Shown piece by piece: positions 42,104 to 55,892 of a stretch of 64,000 bases of DNA; the stretch's first letter is position 1, and every line of letters begins with the position of its first letter. The position numbers and the translations under genes were made by a program. Origin of the DNA: Octopus sinensis (lineage: Eukaryota); contig NC_042998.1 in the NCBI RefSeq assembly GCF_006345805.1, forward strand, positions 110,360,001 through 110,424,000, written 5' to 3'. The notes under the pieces were generated by a model, which saw only the letters and a program-made list of their open reading frames with translations, did not search any database and had not been told where the DNA came from.

Positions 42104-42146
42104 GTGACTGAGGAGGCTCACTGATGCCGAAATATTGCTGTCTTAT
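42104..42146 (+). ncRNA. Candidate type-I hammerhead ribozyme
   Basis: GUGA CUGAGGA GGC-ucacugau-GCC GAAA UAUUGCUG UC UUAU; cores intact, helix II GGC/GCC, helix I relies on G-U pairs. Confidence 0.55.
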
Positions 42147-42627
42147 TGTTCGAAACGTTATTAAAATGTATGTGTCAACATAGATCTTCTAATGAGAGAA
42201 AATATTTTCCGAAGTAGAAAGCCAATAGCGAAAATCTTATCCACGACCAGGACTCGCGAAACATGTTAAGTAAATTCACATTGTATTTATACCTCGTCAT
42301 TTACATAATCAGGGAAAATACATACTGAACGTGCGATATGTATACGTTCCATTCCAAAACAGCTTTATATGTAGACCATTCAATTTTAACAACGTATATA
42401 AAATGAGCGCAACATTGTCAAAATATTCTAGTTTTGGTAAAGGAAACGTGATTAAAATATACTCTAGTAACATTTGATGTTACAAGTCTACATGAAATAT
42501 ATGAAATGTATGATATTTCAATAACTCTATTCGATAAAATTTTCAGATTTATTAACTTCTACATCTCGACATGTTTTGATGGTATCAATATCCAAGTTAT
42601 ACGTCCCCCACACACATGTATACATAC

Positions 42628-42667
<40 letters not shown>

Positions 42668-43237
42668 ATATTTATACATATATATAATGTTTATATATGT
42701 ACATGTATTCATATCTTTATATAAGAACATAGGTATATATGCATGTATTTGTATACATGTGTGTAAGTATATACACACATCAGGTTTTGTAGTGTCCTTG
42801 AAATTCAACTTATTCAAGTGTATATCAGTTTTTGTTAGGAAAGGGGTTGCTTTACTCAAGGTATTTAAATGCAATTATTCTTCAAAATACAGGGAAAATG
42901 CATTTTAAAAGCCCGTGGTTCTGTACTAGATGCACCGTGGTGCTAATTCTACATGTGATTATATGAAATTAGACTTCTGTGATGGTTTAACGAAATATCG
43001 ACAATTTGCATTATAGATTCGTAGGTAATTTTCTCCTCTTAGTCGCCTGCGTTGACAAATACGATGAGTGATTCTCTTTACGAATCATGCATTTGTCTTT
43101 AGTCTATTTTCAAAAGTATGTTATATGTGTATATAAGTTGCTAATAAATATATACATACAAACATACATACGTATACACATATAGACACACATCCCGCAT
43201 ATATACATTGATACATACATATATATATATTATATAT

Positions 43238-43348
<111 letters not shown>

Positions 43349-43377
43349 TACATACATACTTACACACATACATGCAG

Positions 43378-43897
43378 ACTGGAATGTCCCGGTTAAAACC
43401 TCAATAAACCGGATATACTGATTTGAGACAGGGGGAGAAACTGTGTTTCAGCTGTCTGTGGAAATCAGCTGTCCAGCTGATATAATCATAAAGCTGAAAA
43501 TCAGTGAAAAAGGGAATGCTTACGCTGAACTATTGATGAGAAATCTGCAGTTACTCTACCCAGATTACAAGTGCAGGTCACTACCTACAATTTTGGGGGC
43601 AGTGACTTGTGTAATAAACTGTCTAAACACCTATCTTGAGAAATTAGGCTTCCCAAAACTAGAAAGGAGAAAGCTGATTCGAAGACTGCAGATCAAACTA
43701 TCACTGGATCTGTAAAAATCTGTAAAACTTTCCAGAAGTTTATCATTTAAGTATATTAGAGCATGTTTAGATATGTAAGTATATGCATGAGAAGACATAC
43801 ATAAAGCGAAACGTACAAATCAACAATTATACATATATACATACACACAAACACACATAGGTACATACATACATACATACATACATACATACATACA

Positions 43898-43931
<34 letters not shown>

Positions 43932-44050
43932 CATACATACAAAAATACCATGTTGCTGATATTGAAATTCCAATGAAAGTGTATTAGAACTAGATTAGAA
44001 ACCGTCTCTTTCTGTATTGGTAAGAAATCTTGATTTAAAACTGAATAATG
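43378..44050 (+). mobile_element. REL-endonuclease non-LTR retrotransposon 3' end (R2/R4-superfamily) with 3' UTR, in (TACA)n context
   Basis: WNVPVKT../NKPDILI*DR..VEISCPAD..KISEKGNAYAEL..PTILGA..LEKLGF..RRLQI..GSVKICKTF (PD..E..K REL layout); ends aaaactgaataatg. Confidence 0.8.
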
Positions 44051-45032
44051 ACATACACAAATACATATACGTGCATACATGCATATATACATACATACAT
44101 ACATACATACATACATACATGCCAACATACATACATACATACATACATACATACATACATGCATGCATACATACATACATGCATATATATACATACATAC
44201 ATACATACATATATACATACGTTCTTAGATAATTTATTATACTGAATTCCCTTATCTAGCCATATATGTAGATATCTCTGTTTTACCCACTCTACTTTCT
44301 TTCATCAATCATTTGATAGATTTTCTTCAATATATTATTATTTTTTTTTTCGTGCGTTCTGTGGATTTTATTCTCCGCTTTTGCTGGGGTTTAAACGCTT
44401 TAAGCACTTATCTACCGTTTATTACATTTCATGATATTTACAACCACGTCGATGGTGATGTTGACAAAACAAAAAACAAAAACAATAAAAAATAGGACTA
44501 TGATAATGCTGATTCTGGTGAAGATTGGTAAGGATGTATGACAGTGCTGTTGGTGGTAGTGGTGTAGAGACGATGATCTAAAAGATATGTTAATGATTTT
44601 GGTCACGATAAATTTTGCGATGGCACTGAGCATGCATATGAGATTGAGTATAATGGTGATGGGTAAGATATTAATCTTACAATACTGCTGTTATTGTTGT
44701 TGCTTGTTGATGATGATGATGATGATTATGTTGCTGCTGATGTTGTGATGATGATGATTATGATGATGACGTTGGTGTTGATAACTAACATGATGATGAG
44801 AATGTTGAGGACAAAATATAGGCAGTGCCTTTTCTATTTTTTCTCCCCTATTTTTTCACCACCAACATTTGCAGCACAACTGTTGCAGCCATCGACACCA
44901 AGTTTACAACTTTGTTTTTGTAGTCAGGATTTGTTTTCAAGACACAGTTGATAGTATCGATCAACATTTTAGTCATTAACCACACAATGATACTAGTAGC
45001 AGAGTTAATAATGATAATAATAATAATAATAA

Positions 45033-45084
<52 letters not shown>

Positions 45085-45085
<1 letters not shown>

Positions 45086-45503
45086 TACTAATAATAGTTG
45101 TCAGAGACCATGAAGAAAAAAAATGCTTTCTAATTGATGTATCAGTCCCGGCAGATGACAACGTGTCTCTAAAAGAAATGGAGAAACTCTCAAAATACAA
45201 AGACCTGGAAATAGAGGTAACTAGAATGTGGAATCTGAAAACAGAAACAATTCCTATCATAGTAGGTGCATTAGGCATGATAAAAAAATATTCAGACAAA
45301 TACATAACAAAAACACCAGGACTTACAAACACATATAACATACAGAAAATTGCACTACTAGGCACTGCACACACCCTACGCAGAACACTTTCCATACAAT
45401 AACCATCAGAGCATCACAACAAATCACAGCACATACCAAGGCACGCAGAGAGCTGCGCTCGGTAGTGAAGTGAAAGCACGCTATAAAAATAAAAATAAAA
45501 CTA

Positions 45504-45510
<7 letters not shown>
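45085..45510 (+). mobile_element. R4/Dong-type LINE 3' end (REL endonuclease C-terminus + UTR), young, 5'-truncated
   Basis: Stop-free IVVRDHEEKKCFLIDVSVPADDNVSLKEMEKLSKYKDLEIEVTRMW..IPIIVGALG..IQKIALLGTAHTLRRTL; flanked on both sides by (TAA)n. Confidence 0.92.
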
Positions 45511-45920
<410 letters not shown>

Positions 45921-47345
45921 ATCCCAAATATTTTTTACCGTACACTTCATTTTCGACTTCCGCTTTGAACAAACATCAAACATCTTATGTGTGTGTGTGT
46001 GTGGTGTGTCTGTGTGTGTGCGTGCGTGCGTATGTGTATGTTTGTGAGTACGTACATATATACATAAATATGTATATGTGACTATAGGTATATATATTAT
46101 ATTATGTATGTCTCCATATGTAATTTTTTTGTGTCTTTAATGGGATATTGTTTACTGCATTTTCTTTTACAGTATCATATTTCTGGAGTAAAAAATACGA
46201 ATGGAATCTACAACCAATATATATCACCATCATCAATAGCTGATCAAGTTCAGTGACTTTACAAGAGGTGTCACAATCATTCCGTTCAGAAATCAGAGGC
46301 TGAAAAGAAGTCCATCTCCTCCTGTCAAATATTCAGGTGATTCTGAAATTTGCTTATGTTGGCCTTCCTCCTCTGATAAAATCGCGAAAAAATCCAGGAA
46401 ACGCGATACACGCTCTGTGTGTATATCATAGTGATCGGTGTATATCTATGATGTTTTCACTTTTTTCCGCAGATAACAAAAATCAATAAAGTACTCTACT
46501 GGTCTACATATTTACTAAACACAACCAATTTGCCTCCTTGTCGTTCTCGTAAATAGTAACAAGTATAGCAACGCGATGAACATAAGAAACTTCCACAACA
46601 AGAGCAATATAACCAGGAAAAGAAGCAAAAAAAAGAAAAACACGTCAAAATTTAGAAATGTGTCAGGTTTGGCAGAGTGATATGAAAGTTTACGAACCAA
46701 ACAAAACTGTAGTATTACCATCATCAGCAACGTCAACAACAACAATAGGAGGAGTAATAAAAGAATAAGCAAGAAAATAATATCAACAACATTGGCAGGA
46801 ACAATCACTTCACCTACACGTAGACTACAAACAATTCTCATAAAAAAATATATAATGAAGTGTGTCACTGTGTCTTTTTTTGAAACCTAAACCACATTTA
46901 GTTTTCGTTTTTCTTTTCTTTTAGCTGTGTTCGAACATCCACAAACATATACACAACCGTAATTCACACTCCCTTACTTCCTTGTATACATATATGGAGA
47001 TATATCCACAAACACTCAATTCCTATATAAGTTCACTCTTAAAACACACGCAACCCAACATCGGTGGGTAGGTATACATACACAACTATGTACATACCTT
47101 GCAACAGACACAAATGCATTTTTGCACGCTTACAAACTCACGCGCTCATATACACGTACAAATCGATAGAAAACTCAAAAGTAAACCCAAGCAGATACCA
47201 AGAATAACAGGGATACACAAAGAGGAATATGACATTAGAGACGCATGGAATCACGTTTAATACGGTACACAGTCACACATGTATAAACACATTCTTGCTT
47301 CTCTTCCGTTCCACTTTAGCTCTCATTACACACACACAAATACAC

Positions 47346-47394
<49 letters not shown>

Positions 47395-47459
47395 ACATAC
47401 ATACACGCACGCACACACACATACACATGTCTGTGTATGCGTCATATTCTCTATAATTT

Positions 47460-47670
47460 ACTACTTCCAATGATAGGAGTGCAGCCATCCTATGGCACCG
47501 CTTTGAAGGATGCTGTCAAATCGCCCACAAGACATTGTTTAAACAGCTTTTTTAATAGTTACATTCTGCAAAGCTTTTTTCAACCCTTTTCCCTCATAAG
47601 AGATCTATCGGCCCGGGATTATTGTGCCGTGAACCACGTAGTTGACAAACGAATTTCGTAACCAAGCAGA
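47460..47670 (-). mobile_element. Decayed SINE
   Basis: gtgcagccatcctatggcaccgctttgaagg resembles the SINE tail; gaaccacgtagttgacaaacg resembles the head. Confidence 0.45.
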
Positions 47671-48594
47671 AAACCGATACGTGTGTGTGTGTGTGTGTGT
47701 GTGTTATATTGTAGTCATCTACCCGTCTATTATATTTATGAAACATTTTCCCCCTTTCCATCTACCTGTTGTCTGTCGAAGTAAATAGCTATTGTTCTGT
47801 TTCTGAGTCCAGATGTTTCGGTGTCTATCATATTATCCATTTTAATATTCTCCAAACTTCCAAATGGTAGTCTTTCATTACGTTCTGTATATTACTCTAA
47901 TTCGTTCTTCATTCTCTCATGCATACATACATACATACATACATACATACATACATACATACATACATAAATATATACATACATACATATGATATGTGCG
48001 TGTGTGTTTGTGTATTTCTGTATGTGTGTATCTACATATGCATATATCCATGTCTATATGTGTTCATTTATATTTGCTTCACTCATATCTTTTTCCCTCA
48101 CTCTCACTCCTATTTTTCCTCTTCATTTATACATTTTCATACTGACAAGTGATTTATATCAAAATCCGTGACTGCGCATTGTAATGATGTATGTGGGGCA
48201 CTTTCAGGCTCTTGTTCGTTCTTGTCTATCTAATGCAACATCTGACCTATTTTCCAGAAAATCAAGGAGAATGGTCCATTTGTCATCTGCCAAGACAGCC
48301 ATTATTATTTTCTGTGCCGATCACTGGCATTAATACTTTAACACTTTCGAGAAGAGTTGTGACTGAAGCTTCGTTTCCGAATCACAAAGACATGTCTACA
48401 TTTTGCACTCTGTCATCAGAAGGGAAAAAAATCGGGTTTGGTTGGCCTCAGTCTCTTTCCGCAGATCAGAGCACACTTCACACTATTCTCATCTTCAAAT
48501 CAAGTGTTTACTTTCGAGACACTAAATTTGTACACACTTTCAACCCACCCGTAAATTTTCACCATTTTCTGTGATATATATATATATATATATT

Positions 48595-49292
48595 CTCTAG
48601 TTTCAGCTCAGAGCTGCGGCCATGCTGATGCACCGCCTTTTTGTGCTACACTGTTATTACGAAGAACCTCGTCTAATATGTGGCACTTGGTGAAGAATAG
48701 AGTTTGATATAGCTACTCTCATTTGCACCTCTTGCCGTGAGGTAGGTTCATCTGGGACTCTTGACAGGAAGATGTCCAGCTTTGATTTAAAAACCGCTAC
48801 ATCTACTTTGTGCACGTTCCTCAGACTCTTTGGGAGAATATTAAAAAGTTGTGGGCCCTTGAAACCCAGGCTGTTGCAGAAGCTGGTCCTGAAGCGTGAT
48901 GGCATTGCTAGGATGTTTGGCACTATGCAGTGTCGTCCCGTTCTAGCATTGGTGTAGCTTACAATACCAAAATTTGGCACAATTCCTTCCAGGATCTTCC
49001 AGACATATATTACTGCATACCTCTCCCGTCTTCTCTCCAGGGAGTAGAGTCTTAGCTGTTTCAACCTTTCCCAGTAGCTGAGCTGTTGCAAAGAGACGAT
49101 CTTCTTTGTGAATCTTCTCTGGATTGCTTCAAGGTCCGCTGTTAATTTTACACTGGTGGGTGACCATAGCTGTGAGCAGTAATCCAGGCGGTTGAGGACG
49201 AATGTCCGCCAGAGGACAATCATGGTTTCCTTATCTCTGGTTTTGAATGTTCTTAGGATCCACCCAGCCAGTCGTCTGCACTTTGTCGCCAT
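48595..49292 (-). mobile_element. CR1/L2-group LINE 3' end, young (stop-free 211-aa C-terminus + 3' UTR)
   Basis: GWILRTFKTRD..LDYCSQLWSP..LEAIQRRFTK..SYWERLKQLRLYSLERRRERY..GPQLFNILPKSLRN..FKSKLDIFLSRVPDEP; inserted in (TA)n. Confidence 0.93.
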
Positions 49293-49320
49293 CCTGTATG
49301 TATATATATATATATATATA

Positions 49321-49426
49321 TTATATTAAATTAGAGACAAAACCACTATCGGGCAAATCAAGTATTGGCTTAAGTTTTTCATTGTTTGATTTGCCTAATA
49401 GTGGTTTTGTCTCTAATTTAATATAA
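49321..49426. repeat. 41-bp inverted repeat, 24-nt spacer
   Basis: ttatattaaattagagacaaaaccactatcgggcaaatcaa vs ttgatttgcctaatagtggttttgtctctaatttaatataa (2 mismatches); third partial copy at ~49990-50025. Confidence 0.9.
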
Positions 49427-49503
49427 TATAATATTTTACTATAAAATTGGATTCAATCCTAAATCTGATTTTTCCCTGTAAGTTTGGATTTATTCCCTAA
49501 TAT

Positions 49504-49534
<31 letters not shown>

Positions 49535-49681
49535 TATATACATCCGTATATATATATACACATATATACATATATATATATGCATGTATATACATACACA
49601 CACACATATATATATATATATGTATATATATATACATGTATATACATAAACACACACACACACATATATATCTCTCTCTCT

Positions 49682-49880
49682 CTTTTACTTGTTTCAGTCA
49701 TTTGACTGCAGCCATGCTGGAGCACCGCCTTTAGTCGAGAAAATCGACCCCGGGACTTATTCTTTGTAAGCCCAGTACTTATTCTAACGGTCTGTTTTGC
49801 CGAACCGCTAATGACGGGGACGTATACACACCAGCATCGGTTGTCAAGCAATGCTAGGGGGACAAACACAGACACACAAC
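49682..49880 (-). mobile_element. tRNA-derived SINE 3' half
   Basis: Near-identical to 55372-55560. Confidence 0.92.
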
Positions 49881-49892
49881 ATATACACACAC

Positions 49893-49996
<104 letters not shown>

Positions 49997-50049
49997 TATT
50001 CGAGACAAAACCACTATTTTGCAAAACATATATATATATATATATCGGG

Positions 50050-51780
50050 AGAGTTTACGAAAAAACAAAAGACGAAGACAGGTGGTGTACAAAACAAACT
50101 ACAGATGTATTAGTATAACGCTCATGAATAGAAAAAAATCTTTTACGGTTCGAGCCAACACTCTTCAACAGAAAGGGACACAGAAAAACAAGGAGAGAGA
50201 AAAAAGATGTGTGTAGTGGCTAATGATCTATTATACGACTGACTGTCGGACAGAACGGTCACAGAGGAGAGCGAAGAAGTAGGGGAGATAAAGTAAATAT
50301 GACCCCCAACACGAAGGTGTAGTGTGTATAAGAGAGCATGCAAGTGCGTGTGAAAGAGGGCTGGTGGTCTGGACGTGTGCGTGTATGTATGTGTAGGTGA
50401 GAAAATGAAGGGATGGGCATTGGTCAGTGCTGGTGTGTGGGTGGTGTGTTGTGATGTGATGTGTAATGTTTTATGGTGTAGTGTGATGTGGTGTGATGTT
50501 GTTGGGAGGTGGGGTATGTAGGAGAGGGTGTAGGGGATAGGATGGGGGATGGGATGGCTGGATGGGAAGGATAGGGAAGGTGGAGTAGGAATGTGTAGGG
50601 GTGGGTGGGCTTATGGGGGAGTGTTGATAATGAAGGGGGAAGGGGAAGGTGGGTATGTGAGGAGAGAGAGTAAGAGAGAAGAGAGAAAGAGAGGGTGAAA
50701 GAGTAAGAGAGAAGAGAGAAAGAGAGGGTGAAAGAGTAAGAGAGAAGAGAGAAAGAGGGAAGAGAGAAAGAGAGTAAGAGAGAAGAGAGAAAGAGAGAAG
50801 AGAGTAAGACAGAAGAGGGAAAGAGAGTAGGGGTGAAGAGAAGTAGGAGTAAAGAAAAGTAGGAGTCGGGATAAGAGAGGAGAGTTCGGTGGGAGGAAGT
50901 AGAAGAGAGCGGGGGATAGGCAAAGGGAGGAGTTTAGATGATGAGGTTAGAATGAGCCCAAATGGCGTAAAGGAGCGAAGAGAGAAGATCCCTGTTCACG
51001 GCGCAAACGGGAGTCAGGATGGCCTTTGTGGAAGGACAATCCGAACACGGACAGGTGTTGCAAAGAGTGACCGGCGAACCTGTCAGCCAGGCGGCGTCCC
51101 GTTTGTCCGATGTACAGAGAATGGCAGAGAGAGCAGGTGATGCAATAGACGATATTGGTGGAGGTGCAGGTGAAGGAGTCGGTGATGCGATAGGGTCGAT
51201 GATAGGTGCCGGTGAGGAGGGTGGTGTTGGAGAGGTATGGGCGGGAGCAGGGGAACGAGCCAGGTTAGGAGGTAGGGCTGGGGAAGAAGCTGTGGACCAA
51301 GAGGTCTCGTAGGTTGTGGGCTCGTTTGAAGGAGAGGAGGGGTCGGTTAGGGAAGATGTGTGAAGTGGACGGGTCGGACTGGAGATGCCGGAAAGCTCGA
51401 AGAATGGTGCATTGGAGAGGTAGGGTGATAGGTGAGGGGGATAAAGGAGGCGGGAGACTGAAGGGCGGGTTCGGGGTGAGAGAGCAGATGCATGGTCCTC
51501 GGAAAGTGCTCTGGTAGGGCGGTGTGGATAGTGGTGAGGGGATATCCACGTACGATGAACTGGCGAACCATGAGTTGAGACTGAGTCTCAAAGTCATTGT
51601 TGTCACTACAGAGCCTGCGTAGACGGGGGAATTAGGAATAGGGGATGGAAAGCTTGGTGTGTTTGAGGTGGGAGGAGGAGAAGTTGAGGTATGAGTGTGA
51701 GTCTGTGTGTTTGTAGTGGATGGAGGTGGTAAGAGTGGTGTGATGAATGCTGACCGAAATGTCAAGAAAGGAGACAGAAG
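50050..51780 (-). mobile_element. Penelope-like element 3' half (RT C-terminus, GIY-YIG, UTR, terminal variant HHR)
   Basis: SFLDISV..TSIHY/KHTDSHSYLNFSSSH..RLRRLCSD..FIVRGYP..PLLSFKRAHNLRDLLVHS..FTCTSTNIVYCITCSLCHSLYIGQTGRRLADRF; purine-rich (+) UTR; HHR variant at 50140-50175. Confidence 0.92.
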
Positions 51781-51817
51781 TGTCAGATATATATTCCGTT
51801 TAATCATTTTTCGTACG

Positions 51818-51900
51818 TAGGTGCGGGCATGGCTTTGTGGTAAGAAGCTTGTTTCCTCCTGCATGGCATCTCCAGCAAGTATCTTTTAGTATAGTCACAG
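51818..51900 (+). mobile_element. SINE head fragment
   Basis: aggtgcgggcatggctttgtggtaagaagcttg matches the SINE 5' end with A-box. Confidence 0.6.
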
Positions 51901-52425
51901 GCTTCGAGTTGTGTACGGATCAGTTCCTATATGTGCAAGCATGAGATTATCTTCTTAATTATTATATATGAACATAGCTAAGTAGGAGATGGGCTTCCTC
52001 AAGAACACATGAGAACATCATTGCAATTTCAATTGCAATGATAGATAGAGCATACACAGAAATGTAAAATGCAATCCGGTTACCTCGTAAATAATTTTAT
52101 TATCTCCTAAAATGTTTAAAGATTAATCCTAAGAACCGCCTCCGCAAATAAAAAAAACAACTAACTAGCCATTTAAATATTTATCTCTTAACGTAATAAA
52201 TATTATGGCAATATCACATGAATAAATAGCAAGCTTATAGAATACCGAACAATGAAATTTCGCATGCAATGTATAATATGTGTATGACCCTAAAATAAAA
52301 ATAAGTTGTATGGATAAATCATTAACCAAAATATCTACGAAATATGAATTTCAATTAGCAATGCAAATAATTTTACACCCTGCTCACAGCCAGATATACA
52401 AGAATACAAGAATACATACATACAT

Positions 52426-52456
<31 letters not shown>

Positions 52457-53295
52457 TATATATATATATGTATGTAGGTATGTATGTAGGTATGTATGTT
52501 TGTATGTATGTATGTAGATAGGTAGGTATCTTAATATCCGTGAAAGGATTTCAATACAATGCGCAAGCAATCGATCATTTGCTGGCGTAATGTGTTGAAT
52601 AAGGGTCAACAAATAACGGAATGCTACAATGAATAACGACCTCATTCGTGCATTTAATTAATATAATAAGATCGCATACAATGATATATTTCTTGGGCAT
52701 GTGTTATCAATAAGCACTCTCAGAATACATTCAACACCTTCCGTAAATATAGCACCAAATTATTCCTGCATATCGTCTAATATGGACCGGCGTTACTTGA
52801 AATCCAAGAAAACTGTATTAGCAAGATTATATCTATATCCATTCATACACACACGCACGTGCGTGCACACACACACGCGCGCGCACATTCAAGCAGTTTC
52901 CAAACAATTGATTTGCAAAGATGCATGTTATGTGAAGCTGTGTCGCGAGAAGGTGTTCTCAAAGCTGATATGCAGTACATATGTCATATGACAGACAAAA
53001 CATTAGTTATAAAAAGAGAATTTAGAGCTGTTTTAGCTTTTTGGCTCTGTACTGGAGGTGTGTGAGTAAATTGTCTTATTTAGCCATGGCCTGGTTTCTT
53101 TTTTATGTCATTTATGAGTAAAAGAGTAAAAGAGTATATATATATATATATATGTAAAAGGAAATGAAGAAAATGCTGACAAATAATTGAAGTAATTTAA
53201 GTAATTTAATTAGGTGAAAGTTCTTTTTACCGGTTGCGCATTTGTTATGCTTATCAAAATATAAAAGAGAGATTAGAGTCTGTCTCTTATATGTG

Positions 53296-53497
53296 AAAAA
53301 AAGAGGCTCCAGAGTTGTTTTGGATTTGCTTGGTTTCGCGCCTAAAATTTTGATTGGTCATTATGAAGGGGTCACGTGAATGTTTGAATGGAAGTTGGTG
53401 TTGGGGTAAGAAAAAAGGCTCCAGAGAAGTTAAAATTTGGCTAGTGTCCCGCCTAAAATTTCTTATTGGCCATAATAAAGAGGTCACGTGAATGTTT
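53296..53497 (+). repeat. ~90-bp direct repeat pair (53296-53385, 53411-53497)
   Basis: Both copies read ggctccagag...cgcctaaaatt...attgg...ggtcacgtgaatgttt. Confidence 0.85.
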
Positions 53498-54150
53498 AGA
53501 ATTTTCGAAAATAGTGTTGTTGAAAATTCTTATTGTTCAGGCTGGTCAGTAGACGTCATGTGGATATTTTAAATAGTTTTTTAGCGCGTAGTTAGGGAGT
53601 GTATTTTCCGCTTGACTGGATAAGTAAGTTCGTTTAGAACAGGGAGAGCTGTATGTATGTATGTGTGTGCGCGCGCGCGTGTGTGTGTTTATATGTATGT
53701 TGGGACGCGCGCGCGTGTATATATGTGTATGTGTGTGGGTACAATTTTCAATATTTATAGTTCTGCTGGCCTTGTGCCTGTATGGGGAAGCAACGTATTT
53801 GTGTGAAGTCAATATTTACAGCCATTTCCAAAAAATAGTGTTGGATGTTTTGCACCCGTATTCAATTATGTGTATGTGTGGAACCATATAGTTGTGTGTG
53901 TCATGGTGTTAATATCTGGGTAAAGGTGTGTGTAGGGTGTGTGCAGGTGTAAGTGTGTTTGTTGTGGGTTCGTGTTAGGGGCATGTGTTTAGAAGTGGTC
54001 TGTATTTATTAATAAGGTGGGATTCCATGGTTATTCGCTGGGTATGAGTGGCATTGTCTTTAAATTTGTAGAGGGGAAAGATTCTAAAATTGGGATGGAG
54101 TTGTGCGGCACAGGTATCAATATGTGCACTAAATGCTATTTATATAAATG

Positions 54151-54204
<54 letters not shown>

Positions 54205-55371
54205 TGCTTCGTACCAAAATGTCAAAACTGTTGAAAAGGAAATGTTACCTTGTAAGTATTTGGAATGCCTAGCTGTTAAGAATAACTACAGTTGAAAATT
54301 TTTGAAAAGTATGATGTGTGGTTGTTGAAAACGCATCACAATAAAAAAATGGGACAAGTTTATGGTGTGAAAACCCTCTTTACGTCTTCATAGAATTATA
54401 TGCCATTATATGTAATGAATTCAGCGAACGTTAAATGGGGCAAGCGAAACTCACATAAAGGATAAGAATAAATGCAGGACAATAAAATACGTGATACCAG
54501 GACTAAACAAATCCCATTCAGTGAACTTTTGGATATATGTGCAAAATCTCCACTTTCTAGTCTTGCGACTTTATCTATCTGCACACTAGACCACAGACAA
54601 AATACAAATAATATAGTTTATAGAAAACAAAAACCACTACTGAACATGCTATTTAATTTGAATGTTTTGCATGAAAGTTCCTGCTCGTGAATCACTTTCA
54701 TCAGTAGGAAGAAGATCATTAGTTATACTTTAATTTTGGGCATAACAAATTTCAAGTACCTTCATTTCATTTTCCCTAATATCTCTTTACTTTTCCATAT
54801 TAGTGTCTGAGGTGTTTGTTATTTTGTTTAATCTAATACATGCACACCAGGCATACACTCGTATATACGCAACTGCACTCTCACACATTCTTTTTTACTC
54901 TATCTCGCTTTCTTTCTATGTAAGCCTCTTTATTTATATTTGCCCTGTAAACACAGCATGTTTAAATGGATGCAGTGAAAATTTAAGAACCAAATAATCA
55001 TATTTATTCGCTTGAGAATTTTCAGCAAATTGCAACTGCAGCTATTCATAACAATTATGCTCAGCAAATCGGTTAAAAATAACAATTTTTTAAAACCGTT
55101 TTGAAAATATAAAAAAAAAAATAAATGTATCACACATAAAGGACACCACTCCTTGACTAAATAAGATTATATACTCACACAGCTACTGGATACAATAAAA
55201 AGGTAAAAGAGCTCTAATTCGAAGGCTACCTCCAGTCTTCATAGCTATTGTTGTGACTATCATATGGCATAGCCACTGAACGTAAGCTTTGACGTAACCT
55301 TCTCGCGCATCTGTCATATGATATTAACACACAGACGTTGCGGATAAACGACCATCCTCAACCTAATAATT

Positions 55372-55762
55372 TTGTTTCAGTCATTTGACTGCGGCCTTGC
55401 TGGAGCACCGCCTTTAGTCGAGCAAATCGACCCCGGGACTTATTCTTTGTAAGCCCAGTACTTATTCTATCGGTCTCTTTTGCCGAACCGCTAAGTGACG
55501 GGGACGTAAACACACCAGCATCGGTTGTCAAGCAATGCTAGGGGGACAAACACAGACACACAAACACACACACATACATATATATATATACATATATACG
55601 ACAGGCTTCTTTCAGTTTCCGTCTACCAAATCCACTCACAAGGCATTGGTCGGCCCGGGGCTATAGCAGAAGACACTTGCCCAAGATGCCACGCAGTGGG
55701 ACTGAACCCGGAACCATGTGGTTGGTTAGCAAGCTACTTACCACACATCGACTCCTGCGCCT
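55372..55762 (-). mobile_element. Full-length tRNA-derived SINE (cephalopod-type)
   Basis: Head aggcgcaggagtcgatgtgtggtaag (A-box-like), gggttcagtcccac (B-box), CORE-like cttgggcaagtgtctt, internal microsatellite, LINE-like tail cagtcaaatgactgaaac. Confidence 0.93.
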
Positions 55763-55776
55763 ATATATATATATAT

Positions 55777-55807
<31 letters not shown>

Positions 55808-55860
55808 ATATATATATATGTATGTATATATATATATGTATGTATGCATGTATGTATATG

Positions 55861-55892
<32 letters not shown>

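Noticed and set aside
43960-44012. CCAAUGA...GAAA..UC in the REL-LINE 3' UTR as an HHR variant
   Set aside because: Two core mismatches and no convincing helices.
46160-46868. Strong plus-strand acceptors (46172, 46472) and a hydrophobic 117-aa minus ORF
   Set aside because: Frames close quickly; the ORF is low-complexity, derived from A-rich sequence.
48170-48553. Possible mariner-like end (cccacccgta) and 127-aa ORF
   Set aside because: No partner TIR or transposase motifs found.
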